56,021 nucleotides of DNA, from positions 1-56,021 of the IMG/VR virus record IMGVR_UViG_3300017766_005490; one strand, 5' to 3'. Within the stretch, counting starts at the first letter, position 1. Each line of letters begins with the position of its first letter. Positions 44,417 to 54,320 of this stretch are shown here, one piece after another. Both the position numbers and the translations under genes were made by a program. Under the pieces are notes generated by a model, which made no database searches, was not told where the DNA came from, and was given only the letters and a program-made list of their open reading frames with translations. This DNA comes from a virus. Lineage: Duplodnaviria; Caudoviricetes.

Positions 44417-44787
44417 ATGGATAAATCATCAATAATTTTTCTGATTTTTTGAGGGTGCGACGTAATAATATGTGCGCACGTTATTAAATTAAGCTTTTCA
44501 ACAGTTTCTACAGGCAATGTTTCATTTTTATCTAAGAAGTTAATAGCTATAATTTTTTGAATTAATTGGGATTGGGTTCTAAAAAAGGGTTGCTGCGAAT
44601 TTGTGTTTAACCCCTGCTCAATATTTACGTTAAAATTTTTGATTAAAAGAATATCGCAAAGATCAAAATTTGTAAAAACAGACCAGTCTGGGTAATTATT
44701 GACAATGATTTTCAAAGCTTCTTTCAAAGCTTCTTCTTTTACAAAAACTTTTTCTTTTTTTTCTTTAGAACCTAAGGCAAAATACAT
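44413..44787 (-). CDS. Hypothetical protein
   Basis: ATGA overlap with the next gene. Confidence 0.5.
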   Translation of the reverse strand: MYFALGSKEKKEKVFVKEEALKEALKIIVNNYPDWSVFTNFDLCDILLIKNFNVNIEQGLNTNSQQPFFRTQSQLIQKIIAINFLDKNETLPVETVEKLNLITCAHIITSHPQKIRKIIDDLSI

Positions 44788-44851
44788 GTGAATAACCTAA
44801 TTTTAACTATCAGTATCTTACAATAATACCTAAAAAAAGAGTGTAAAAACA

Positions 44852-45061
44852 ATGATTTCAAACAAAGCTAAAGCTTTAGACATAGCTACAAGCCTTTTTT
44901 TAAGTGAAAAATGCCCTTTCCCAGGGGATGAAGGCACTTATAGTGAAAAATTTTTAAAAGAAGTGCGGTGGCATAAACGCACTTTTGAAGAATTTTTAGA
45001 ACTTGCCAAAGGACTTGAAAATTTTTTAAACGAATCTATCAAAGATGATAAATTAGCTTAA
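44852..45061 (+). CDS. Hypothetical protein
   Basis: Isolated ORF filling the gap between minus-strand genes. Confidence 0.45.
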   Translation: MISNKAKALDIATSLFLSEKCPFPGDEGTYSEKFLKEVRWHKRTFEEFLELAKGLENFLNESIKDDKLA

Positions 45062-45531
45062 AAAGGTATTTCGTCATTTAACATGTCGTCACTTGCAACT
45101 GTTTGGGCACGTGACATTGTTGTTGTTGGAAAGCTTAACTCTTGAGAATTGTTGTCCGTCAAATTGTTTGTGGTTGCGCGACTGTCTAACAATGTAAGCT
45201 CTCCCTTAAAACGGGACAATAAAATTTCAGTTGTATACCGTTCTTGGCCTGATTGGTCCGTCCATTTGCGTGTTTGCAGCTGTCCTTCTAAATAAACTTT
45301 TGACCCTTTTTTTAAATAAAGTTCGGCAATTTCAGCCAACTTTTCATTCATAATAATAACGCGATGCCATTCTGTGCGTTCTTTACGTTCGCCCGTTGCT
45401 TTATCTTTCCATGATTCGCTGGTAGCTACGGAAAAATTAACAAATTTTGTGCCTTCGTCCTTAGTAAAATGCACTTCTGGGTCTTTGCCAAGGTTTCCAA
45501 CCAAAATAACTTTGTTTATAGATGCTGCCAT
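45058..45531 (-). CDS. ssb: Single-stranded DNA-binding protein (alphaproteobacterial type)
   Basis: [59 protein letters not shown] and C-terminal DEIPF. Confidence 0.97.
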   Translation of the reverse strand: MAASINKVILVGNLGKDPEVHFTKDEGTKFVNFSVATSESWKDKATGERKERTEWHRVIIMNEKLAEIAELYLKKGSKVYLEGQLQTRKWTDQSGQERYTTEILLSRFKGELTLLDSRATTNNLTDNNSQELSFPTTTMSRAQTVASDDMLNDEIPF

Positions 45532-45559
45532 TTTTTCAATCCTTCTTTTAAATTGTTTA

Positions 45560-45766
45560 TCATTCTTCGTCAGCTGGAAAAAAATTTTTAATAACTTCTT
45601 TTTGCTCTTTGTCCAAAAAATTATTCATAATCTCAACGTTTTTGTCAGTAATTGACTCTGCGCGTTTAAGTTCTTCTTTTAATAAATTAATAGAACTTAA
45701 TAAACCTGATAAGCAAAAGTAAAGAATAACTAAAGAAACTATGTTAAGAAAAATTTTGGCGCTCAT
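45560..45766 (-). CDS. Small TM plus coiled-coil protein
   Basis: AAGGA RBS; hydrophobic N-terminus. Confidence 0.5.
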   Translation of the reverse strand: MSAKIFLNIVSLVILYFCLSGLLSSINLLKEELKRAESITDKNVEIMNNFLDKEQKEVIKNFFPADEE

Positions 45767-45838
45767 TTTTTAATCAATCCTTATAAACATGGCTAAAACC
45801 CTTATTATTTTAGCGTGTTAAACATCTTTTTGACATAC

Positions 45839-45861
45839 TTATCCCCAGAATTTGTGGATAA
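45839..45861. promoter_or_regulatory. Inverted pair of DnaA-box-like sites
   Basis: TTATCCCCA and TGTGGATAA (reverse complement of TTATCCACA). Confidence 0.45.
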
Positions 45862-45863
45862 CT

Positions 45864-46376
45864 TTATTTATTTGGGGCAAAAACAAAACGGACAATATAA
45901 CTTTCTAAAAAATCACCGCTTGATGATTGGTGTCTTTCCATAAGTCGATTTAAAACTGGTTCATACTCCATATGTAAACTTGCTCGTTCAACTTCAAAAC
46001 CTAATTTGTTTTCAGCTCGCCATCCGTCTAAAAATTTATCTTCCAAAGACGGAACAACAACTTTTCTATGATGTTTCAAAACTTGAGCTAAGAAAGTATT
46101 TTGATAAACTAAAGTTCCTTTGGGAATAATAATATCAAAAGGTTCTAGCATTAAAAAAACATCATAATCAGTTTTTACATGGTAAACATGCCGTTCTAAC
46201 GTGGCATCGTCAAAAATAGTTCTAGAATAGCGTACAATGCTTTCTTTACTACGTGCGGGCGACATTGGCGACTCTACGGGGGATGGGCGCAATGATTTTA
46301 AAGCGGTTTTTAACTCAGATTCAGTTGTGCCATAAACGGCCGTTCCTACCAAAAATATTGCTAATAATTTTTTCAT
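45864..46376 (-). CDS. Secreted protein with signal peptide
   Basis: MKKLLAIFLVGTAVYG; AAGGA RBS. Confidence 0.55.
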   Translation of the reverse strand: MKKLLAIFLVGTAVYGTTESELKTALKSLRPSPVESPMSPARSKESIVRYSRTIFDDATLERHVYHVKTDYDVFLMLEPFDIIIPKGTLVYQNTFLAQVLKHHRKVVVPSLEDKFLDGWRAENKLGFEVERASLHMEYEPVLNRLMERHQSSSGDFLESYIVRFVFAPNK

Positions 46377-46392
46377 TTGTTTTTTCCTTTTT

Positions 46393-47076
46393 TCACTCAT
46401 CTGCATATTTATTGTTATCTTTGTCCCAAAGAATGTATTTTTGTGAAAAAAAATCTTCCATTCTGTTTAATATTGTTTCTTTTTTTAAAGAATGTACATA
46501 TTTCAAATTTTGAGAAAACGTATCTTCAAAAACATTTGGAGATGAGAAAAACTCGTGTATTTTTGATAAAAGCAATTTGTTGCTTGCGGTTTTGTAAGTT
46601 TTCCTTCTAATAGTAAAAAATGAGCACCCAAGAATTCTTGCTAAATCATTTTCTGAAATTTCTAAGAATAAACAAATTTTTTTTACGTCTTCAATTGTTA
46701 TATTATTTTTGTATACTGGTTCGAAAAAAAATCTTAAACAATTGTTTTTAGACAACAAAGGAAGTTGGTAAAAAACATTATCTGTTTTGGAAAAATTAGG
46801 GTGCTTTAAGTAAACTGACGGAGTTGCGTAAATCGTCAAATGATTTTTAAATGCTTTAAAAACTGTTTCCGAAACAATTGGTTCTTCTTGAAGCGGCAAT
46901 TCGTCACATAAAGGCTTTGGCTTAACATGCTTTAAATAAGATGGGGCATATTGAATTTTGTACAAATTATCTTCTTTGTAAAAATTTGCACACAAAATGC
47001 GTGTTTGTGGTTTTTCGTAAAAAATTTCATTTGCCACAACAAATTCTGGTAAATCTTTTCTAAAACGTAATCGCAT
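46393..47076 (-). CDS. Second HipA-N(HipS)-like plus HTH protein, diverged
   Basis: Y.PSY, PL..ELPL....I.S..VF.AF, F.FEP.Y.N..T.ED.KK...L..S...LA..L; paralog of 35153..35773. Confidence 0.65.
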   Translation of the reverse strand: MRLRFRKDLPEFVVANEIFYEKPQTRILCANFYKEDNLYKIQYAPSYLKHVKPKPLCDELPLQEEPIVSETVFKAFKNHLTIYATPSVYLKHPNFSKTDNVFYQLPLLSKNNCLRFFFEPVYKNNITIEDVKKICLFLEISENDLARILGCSFFTIRRKTYKTASNKLLLSKIHEFFSSPNVFEDTFSQNLKYVHSLKKETILNRMEDFFSQKYILWDKDNNKYADE

Positions 47077-47160
47077 TTTTTTTAGTGAATATATATGTTT
47101 TTTTATTTAAAACATTTTATCACACCTTAATTTCAAAAAACAAGTAAAAAAAATATTTTC

Positions 47161-49254
47161 TTATTGCTCCCATGGGCGTTTGTTATCCGAATTTCCTAAA
47201 TATTTTTGAGCGTGCACGCCGCTTTGAATTGTTTGTCTAGTTGTGACGGGCAAAGATTCTAATTTATTTAAATGCTTTTGAAGTAAATAGGGGTTTTTTA
47301 AACGCATGCCATTATACAACCAATTTACAATTTTAGGATTTGTCATCGCTTTAGCCGTTAAATTTGCCGCTCCCATGCCACTTAACATTGTGGCTAATGG
47401 TGTAATATCCCCTGACATAGCTGAAAATGCCGCTGTAGCAGCAGTTGCTCCTTTGTTAATTAATGAAGCGTGAACAGTTGAACCAGACGTGTTAGCTTCA
47501 TTAAGAGTTTTTTTCAAATGTGGAATAGCGTCTGCAATTTTAAAAACTTTTTTGCGTTCTTCTGGGGTTAAATGATGTAATAAAATTTCTTTAGCATTTT
47601 TTTGAAGTTTATTAAACCCATTTGCCCATTTGTTTGGGTTAAATGAACCATCATTTGCTTTGCCAAGTTCTAACATAACTGAATCAGACAATTGTTTTTG
47701 TTCTGTTTTGTTTAATGATCCTAAGGCAATTTTAGCTTTCTGGGCGCCTTTTTTAATATCTGAAAACATGTTTATAAAAGCATCTGTGGCTTCTTTTTTA
47801 TTTGCTTTAAAAAGTTCATTTAATTTGGGTATTTCATGCGTAGCGTATGCATGATAAACTTTGTGTGCTTCTTTCCAATTTTCAACAGCTCCATTGCCCA
47901 ATGTTTCCATGCCAGGCTTAAGGCTTGTAAAAATATCATCATTTAAAGCTTTTGCAATCTGTTTTAAATCGCCTTGGCTGCTTTTTCCCACTAAGCCAAA
48001 GGTTGTAATTTTATCGCGAATATTTTTTTCAATTTGTTTAGCTTCGTAATAATTCAAACCACCACTTCGAAACGTGGAAAAAATTTCTTCAAGCTGTTGC
48101 ACGGCTGGAGATTTTTTAAGAGATTTTTCGCTTAAATGAGCGGTTAATTTAGCAGCCACATCTATAAGTTTTTTTGGATAAATCGTTTTGTCAGGCAATT
48201 GGTTAACATCTTCTTTAATCTTGTTAAACAATTCTGAGTGATAAGATGATTCGTTTTTATGGCTAATACGAGCGCCTTTATGGGTTAAATTGGCTGCTTC
48301 TGTTTGACCAGGAATGACATCTGAATAATCGCCTTGGCGTAATCCTTCTAAAATTTTATTACGTTGAAGTTCTTTGGCCTCAGCCATAACGCTAGATGAA
48401 CCTGGCGTATATCCTAAAATATGAGACCCTGTTTTAATTATTTTGCTTTTTGAAACATCTGGAAGCGTTGGGTTAATTCCGCTGTTTTGAAAATCTTCTA
48501 TTGCATGAGGGTCTATTTTTAAAAAATTACCAGTTTTTTTTGCTAATTCTTGGTTGGCATATTCACGCCCAGTTTTGGTTAGTAAATGTCTACCGCCCCC
48601 TACAACAGCGCCTGTTCCCAATCCTGCCAAAGCACCTGTTCCAAGAGCTCCCCATAATTCATTCGGGTGTTCATTTATATAATCTTGCATAGCACCACTG
48701 GTGGCAGTTGTTGTTGCCACCGTTGGAACGGTTGGAAAACTTGATTCTTTTAAGTATTTTCCTAATTTTCCTATTTTTCCTGCACCTTTTGCTAATACAC
48801 CCCCAATACCAACACCTGATGGCAAACTTGCTAAAGAACGCGTAATGGCTGATATTGTTTTTTCTTGCGGCGTATTGGCAGCCGTATAACCATGGGTTGC
48901 TGTATCTATTGCTTCATTAACATTTTCGCCTACAGGATTAAATCTATAATTATTTCCAATAGCAGATGCACCTAAGTTTAAAGCAGCTCTTACAGGAGTC
49001 GCTACTAAATCAGCAACATCTAATGCTCCTGTTACCACATCTTTTGCCCCACGTGCCAAAGAACGACCCAAAGACGGTTTAATATTTTCAGTGGCTTTAG
49101 TGCTTTTTAAACGATTTTCAAGCTCTTGCATGTGTGCAATGCTTTCAAGTGAAGCGGGAATGCTTTGTTTGCTTTTACTGTGCAATTCAGCAACTTTTCT
49201 TTCAAGTTCTTGCATGCGTGCAATGCTTTCAGGGGTAGCTTGCATTTTATTCAC
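47161..49254 (-). CDS. DNA ejection/transfer protein
   Basis: 697 aa, A/G/K-rich helical; AN.SGS and MTNPK.V.WL C-terminal motifs; last gene of the virion operon. Confidence 0.6.
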   Translation of the reverse strand: MNKMQATPESIARMQELERKVAELHSKSKQSIPASLESIAHMQELENRLKSTKATENIKPSLGRSLARGAKDVVTGALDVADLVATPVRAALNLGASAIGNNYRFNPVGENVNEAIDTATHGYTAANTPQEKTISAITRSLASLPSGVGIGGVLAKGAGKIGKLGKYLKESSFPTVPTVATTTATSGAMQDYINEHPNELWGALGTGALAGLGTGAVVGGGRHLLTKTGREYANQELAKKTGNFLKIDPHAIEDFQNSGINPTLPDVSKSKIIKTGSHILGYTPGSSSVMAEAKELQRNKILEGLRQGDYSDVIPGQTEAANLTHKGARISHKNESSYHSELFNKIKEDVNQLPDKTIYPKKLIDVAAKLTAHLSEKSLKKSPAVQQLEEIFSTFRSGGLNYYEAKQIEKNIRDKITTFGLVGKSSQGDLKQIAKALNDDIFTSLKPGMETLGNGAVENWKEAHKVYHAYATHEIPKLNELFKANKKEATDAFINMFSDIKKGAQKAKIALGSLNKTEQKQLSDSVMLELGKANDGSFNPNKWANGFNKLQKNAKEILLHHLTPEERKKVFKIADAIPHLKKTLNEANTSGSTVHASLINKGATAATAAFSAMSGDITPLATMLSGMGAANLTAKAMTNPKIVNWLYNGMRLKNPYLLQKHLNKLESLPVTTRQTIQSGVHAQKYLGNSDNKRPWEQ

Positions 49255-51373
49255 CTAATTGTTTTGACAATTCTGCTATTCTTTTGTCCACATCTTCCTG
49301 GCTTAATAATGTTTCATTTGCTGGTGCTTCATTTGTTGCGGGTAATGTATCAACATTTTTAGGCAATTTTCCATTTTCATTTTTAATCCCTAAAAAATTA
49401 AAAGGTGTAATTTTATCTTTTAACTCAGGATGTTGTTTTAATGCGCGCTCGTATTTTGAATAAGCTGTATCTGCTTGCCTTGGTGAAACACCATATTCGT
49501 TGTAAGAATCATTTACAAAATCTGCATAATCAATACCACGTGTAATATTTTCTTTAAATGATTGAATAACACGTTTGTTGGCTTCAGGATCGTTCCCTAT
49601 ATGAGGTTTTCCTTTTTCAATAATTCTGGCAATTTGGGCTCCCCCTCTTTGCCCAAATTTTCGGGTGGCATCGGCTACAAATTCGTTTGTAATTTTTTCA
49701 AACTCATCCATATCAGCTTGCGTTCCACTTGATAACCCCCCTGGCAATTTAGCATTCCAATACGATGGTAAATTCCGTGCAGCAAAATTTCCTGTATTAA
49801 GTTTTTCCATCAATTCTTCCATTCTTTCTAAATTTTTTAAAAGATTGGGAGCGGACCTGTAAATTTCATTAACTTCACCAAGAATTTTTTCATCAGGTTT
49901 TTGAAGTTTTGGTGGTTTTTTTTCCAAAGTTGCAGATTGAATCTGTTCAGAAGCTTTGTTATGACGAGCGGTTTCTCCCAAAGATGCCATATGATACGCA
50001 TGGGTACGGTCATTATGTTGCTGAGTTTGAGAATAATCGGCAAGGATTTTTTGTTGCGCAACACGGGAGGTGTTGATAGCTTCCATTAATTTAGCCGCAC
50101 GTACTTTGTTTTCATCATTTGCTGACATAATGCCTGTGCGTGCATTTTCCCCTGCTTCCATGCCTAAACCAACGGCTTGAAGAGGACTTCCATGTACATT
50201 CTTTAACAAAGTTGACGCTAAAGCCCCGTAATAAGCTTTATCAGGGTTTCGTTCATTTTTTAACCCTTGGGCACTTTCTCGTATTGAATCTATTTCTGGA
50301 TTTTGCATAGCGGGTAAATCTGCATCCGTATACTTAGGAAATTGCGGCATCCCCCCCTCAGCAAATTTTTGCGTAATAGGACCGCCTCTTTTTTTACCAG
50401 GAATTAGGGTTTTGGTTAAATCTGCTAAACCAGCATTTGCAGTTGTGTAAGGATTTGCGGGCGCAGGTGCTCTATAAGACGCTGCGGCAATTTGCTCTAA
50501 CCCAATAGGCATAGACCCTTGGTGAATGGCTGCTTCTCTTTGAAGTTGCTGCCACGGATAATTTTGTTCTTCGTCATGACGTAATTTTGCTTCGTCATAC
50601 TCTTTTTGTTTTTGAGCTTGCTCAATGTTGCCAATATCTCGTAAAGCCGTTGAGCCCGCAAATTCACCAGCCGTTTTTTCTCTGTCAAGTGACGACCGTT
50701 TTTGCGCAATATCAAGAGTGGTTTGGCGATCTTGATTTAATGTAGTAGATGCTAATTGGCCTGCAGATAAATGCCGATCCTGTAAACGATTTGCTTGCTG
50801 AATAGCGTTTTCATAACCTTGTGCTTTAAACAAAGCTTTTTCTTTATGCAATCCTTTACCAATATCACGAGCTAATCTTTCACGCGCACGTTGGTTTGCC
50901 CCTGTGTGATAAGCTCCATGGGTAATAGCATTGGCCGATAGTTGAGGTAATTTTTCAAGCCAAGTTTGAATAGCGCTATCATCCATGGCGCTTAGAACTT
51001 CTTGGTTGTATCGATTTGAAAAACGATCATGTAATCGCATTGGATCACTTACCGCCGCCTCAATGTATCCTCTTACTTGATTATGAGTTTTATCTCGACT
51101 TGCTGCATCAATTTCTGAGCGAATAGTTCTGTATGTGTCATCTTGAGCACGCCTTCTAAGTTCAGCGTTCACCATTTCAGAAGCGCGTCTTTGATACCTG
51201 TTTAAAGGCGCTAATCGAGACCCTTTAAATGGGCTATATGGCAAATTTGACAACCCACGAGCACGCTCAACGCGTTGACGGGCGGCATCTTCAGACCATT
51301 TAGGCGCGCCTGTGATTTGATTAAATCCGTCAGGACTCAATCCTCTAGCAATTTTATCAAAATCAAAAGCCAT
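49247..51373 (-). CDS. DNA ejection/internal virion protein
   Basis: PY.PFKG.RLAPL..YQ, G..EQ...Q, YP.QQL and KFAEGG motifs. Confidence 0.6.
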   Translation of the reverse strand: MAFDFDKIARGLSPDGFNQITGAPKWSEDAARQRVERARGLSNLPYSPFKGSRLAPLNRYQRRASEMVNAELRRRAQDDTYRTIRSEIDAASRDKTHNQVRGYIEAAVSDPMRLHDRFSNRYNQEVLSAMDDSAIQTWLEKLPQLSANAITHGAYHTGANQRARERLARDIGKGLHKEKALFKAQGYENAIQQANRLQDRHLSAGQLASTTLNQDRQTTLDIAQKRSSLDREKTAGEFAGSTALRDIGNIEQAQKQKEYDEAKLRHDEEQNYPWQQLQREAAIHQGSMPIGLEQIAAASYRAPAPANPYTTANAGLADLTKTLIPGKKRGGPITQKFAEGGMPQFPKYTDADLPAMQNPEIDSIRESAQGLKNERNPDKAYYGALASTLLKNVHGSPLQAVGLGMEAGENARTGIMSANDENKVRAAKLMEAINTSRVAQQKILADYSQTQQHNDRTHAYHMASLGETARHNKASEQIQSATLEKKPPKLQKPDEKILGEVNEIYRSAPNLLKNLERMEELMEKLNTGNFAARNLPSYWNAKLPGGLSSGTQADMDEFEKITNEFVADATRKFGQRGGAQIARIIEKGKPHIGNDPEANKRVIQSFKENITRGIDYADFVNDSYNEYGVSPRQADTAYSKYERALKQHPELKDKITPFNFLGIKNENGKLPKNVDTLPATNEAPANETLLSQEDVDKRIAELSKQLGE

Positions 51374-51375
51374 GA

Positions 51376-53061
51376 TTACGCCCCTTTCATGTATTCAAAA
51401 GGATTTTTGGCAGGAGGTGGCAATTCAAGGCCGTTGCTCATTTTGTGCTTTCTTAGGTTTTTAACCATTTTTCTAAACTCAAGAGAACCTCTATCAGGAT
51501 TTCCATTGCCAATAATTGAAACGGCTACAGGGTCAATTCTGTATTCATCATTTGATAAATAAACGGGGGCTTGGCCTTTATGTTTTTCAAAATATTCTGT
51601 AAAAGAATGAATTTGTTTGGGGGAAACACTTTTTTTAATTTGGTGTTCCATTCTTTTTAAAATTTGAGCACCTGCCTCACTTGACCCATCCCCTAACATG
51701 CTGACAGAGGTGGCGTCTATAATTTCCGAATTAACGGGCACATGAGTTTTAATTTTATCTTGTTGCCCATTTCCAGGCCCTTTAATAATATTACCTTCAC
51801 GATAAGAAACATTGCCGCCATGGGCATATTCTTCTAAATTGTATTCAGGCTCTGGGTATCGTCCCATGGCCATGTCTTCTTCTGTGGGGTTAAAATTTGG
51901 ATTTTTAGTCCGACGATATTTTTTTGGGTTAAAGGGCTCGTCAAATCCCCTATCTTTTCGAATTTGAGAAATATAATCCCGTTGACGACGTTCTGCTTCT
52001 AAATTTTGTTTATGTTGGTGTTTTTCCCCTAAATACCCAAGCCCCATAGTTCCTAAGCTAGATAAAGCTTGAAATCCTTTTCCACTTACCAAATTTCCTA
52101 ATTTTTCCATTAAGCCAGGTTGAACGCTTTGGGTCGCCGCTTGCTCTGTTCCTTTTAACAAACCTGCAACTGAATTTCCTGTAGAGCCTAAGGAATTACC
52201 AAAATTACCAACACCACCTGCAGATGGCGTCATTTGACCTATTTGGTTTGGCGAAAATGTAGGTTTGGCGCCTGCCATACCTTCTTGGCCTGGCATTCCA
52301 GCGCCTGCAGAACCCATTCCAAGCATGGCGCCAATACCACCCGTACCAGCAACACTTCCAATACCTAAAGCATTCCCTAAAGAAGCACCTGCTTGGAATA
52401 ACCCAAAATTTTTAACACCACTCATAATTGAGTTTTGTAAATTATTTCCTGTAACGGCATGCCCCAAAGCATTTCCAATACCTGCGCCAACAGGGCCGCC
52501 TAAAATAGCGCCCCCTACAGTTCCAACAACCCGAACAACTTCATCAAAAAAACCAAATTCCATTAAACCAGTTTTTGAGTTTAAAGATGGTTCACCGCCT
52601 CTTAACGAAATTAATAAACGCACTAAATTTTCAGGCAAAAACGCTAATTTATTATCGCCGCCCTCGCCTAAATCTTCTAATTTATCAATTTCTTTTGTTT
52701 TTTCAGCGGGAGTTTCCCGATACGGTAAAGCAATTCGTTGTGCTTCGTCATAAGCTTTTTGCAAAGGTTCAGTTAATTTGCCATCGTCCGCCAAATCGTT
52801 GTACACAATCATAAACAATTCAACAATTTCTGGATTTTCTAAAATAGGGGCAATGGCTGAATATTCCCGAACACCTGTTTCGGGATCAATTGAAACACCC
52901 CGTTGCAACGTATCTAACGCTTGCAATTCCTCATCCATCATGTGGCACAAAAACATTTGTGGTTTTGCTAATTCTGGATTTTCTGCTTCAGCTTCTGCTT
53001 GCCAAGGGGCTGGAACATTTTGCAGTTGCTTAGAAATTTGGGCAGCAATATTCTTAGCCAT
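51376..53061 (-). CDS. Internal virion/pilot protein
   Basis: G..GD..LA...GG....N..TGL.EF domain, Gly-rich TM-like region, YAHGG, and GPG.GQ.D.I / LSNDEY domain. Confidence 0.6.
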   Translation of the reverse strand: MAKNIAAQISKQLQNVPAPWQAEAEAENPELAKPQMFLCHMMDEELQALDTLQRGVSIDPETGVREYSAIAPILENPEIVELFMIVYNDLADDGKLTEPLQKAYDEAQRIALPYRETPAEKTKEIDKLEDLGEGGDNKLAFLPENLVRLLISLRGGEPSLNSKTGLMEFGFFDEVVRVVGTVGGAILGGPVGAGIGNALGHAVTGNNLQNSIMSGVKNFGLFQAGASLGNALGIGSVAGTGGIGAMLGMGSAGAGMPGQEGMAGAKPTFSPNQIGQMTPSAGGVGNFGNSLGSTGNSVAGLLKGTEQAATQSVQPGLMEKLGNLVSGKGFQALSSLGTMGLGYLGEKHQHKQNLEAERRQRDYISQIRKDRGFDEPFNPKKYRRTKNPNFNPTEEDMAMGRYPEPEYNLEEYAHGGNVSYREGNIIKGPGNGQQDKIKTHVPVNSEIIDATSVSMLGDGSSEAGAQILKRMEHQIKKSVSPKQIHSFTEYFEKHKGQAPVYLSNDEYRIDPVAVSIIGNGNPDRGSLEFRKMVKNLRKHKMSNGLELPPPAKNPFEYMKGA

Positions 53062-53073
53062 TTAAAAACCCTT

Positions 53074-54228
53074 TTAAGCAACATCTTGATTATAAAAAGG
53101 CATTTCTTGCGCGTACTGCTCACGTTGCATTGCCTGCTGATTTGGTAATAAATTTTGAAGCCCTTGCTGCCCCATTTGACGTAAAGCATTGGGATCATTT
53201 CTATTTTGAAAAGCTTCTAATCCTGTTTTTGCTAAACCAGACAATCCGCCAGCAGCGTTTAACCCAGCTTGAGCTCCTGCACGTGCCACACCGCCTATTC
53301 CTTGCCCTTGCCCTAAAGCATTGCCAGCAGCCCCCATAACGTCACCTAAGCCACTGCCACGCATGTCTTGACCTGCTGTGCTTAATCCCGCACCCAAAGT
53401 TTTTCCAAGGCCTGCACCACTTTTGTATTTATCAAACATTGAATTAAAAGTTTTTCCAATTGTGTTTCCTGCAGCGGTTTCAGGACCTCCCATTTGACCT
53501 AATTTATTAGCCCCAAATTCAGCACCCTTATTTAAAGCCATACGCCCAATATCGCCTAACGCACCTTCACCCAATTTTTGGCCAGCATACTGAGCAACTT
53601 GTGGGAGCGCTTGTTGACCAATTTTAGCAAAAGGACTTTTGACCGTATTCCAAATGCTTTTTAAAGTGCCACCTAGTGACCAATATTCAGGAAAGCCGTC
53701 TTTTGGGTTTTGAGTTTTACCGCCCGCCATATAGTCAAACAAATGGTGTGTGTGCGGGCCTATTAATGCCATTTCTGTGTCGCCATAACGGCCATCTTGA
53801 GCTAATTGCTGCAAATTTTTTGCATGATGAGCATCAACATTGCCACCTGTAGCTAAATGATCTTTGTAATGGTGATGAATTGTTTCTCTTAAATGAGGGT
53901 GTTTTACTAAATCTTCCAACACAGGATAAGCGCGCATGCCTGTTTTTTTGTCAATTTTTTTAACCCCTTGCAAATGATCTAATACAGCTAATTCTTGTTT
54001 ACTGATATGCACAGGAATCATTTTTCCAGCAGTATGAGGACTTGATCTTCTAACCTCCCCGCCATGTGCATAAGCATTGGGCATACCAGGGTTTTGCTGG
54101 TATTGAGATGTTGTATCGGGTTCATCCATGTTAGCCGTTGACGTAGGCGGTGAAGCAAACATTGCGCCTGGTGCAGACATGTTTTGCATGAAAGGTTGGT
54201 TTTGCTGCTGCAAATAATTTGGATACAT
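53074..54228 (-). CDS. Internal virion/pilot protein sharing domains with 51376..53061
   Basis: YAHGG, LATGG and GRYGDT.MA.I...GG...NP..G.PEY; AAGGAG RBS. Confidence 0.6.
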   Translation of the reverse strand: MYPNYLQQQNQPFMQNMSAPGAMFASPPTSTANMDEPDTTSQYQQNPGMPNAYAHGGEVRRSSPHTAGKMIPVHISKQELAVLDHLQGVKKIDKKTGMRAYPVLEDLVKHPHLRETIHHHYKDHLATGGNVDAHHAKNLQQLAQDGRYGDTEMALIGPHTHHLFDYMAGGKTQNPKDGFPEYWSLGGTLKSIWNTVKSPFAKIGQQALPQVAQYAGQKLGEGALGDIGRMALNKGAEFGANKLGQMGGPETAAGNTIGKTFNSMFDKYKSGAGLGKTLGAGLSTAGQDMRGSGLGDVMGAAGNALGQGQGIGGVARAGAQAGLNAAGGLSGLAKTGLEAFQNRNDPNALRQMGQQGLQNLLPNQQAMQREQYAQEMPFYNQDVA

Positions 54229-54320
54229 GGAAAAACTCCTTTGTCAATTACGTAATTGTAACGTAAAAAAACAAAAAATAATATTCCAAAAACTAAATTA
54301 TTGCGTATTTGATGCAAAAA

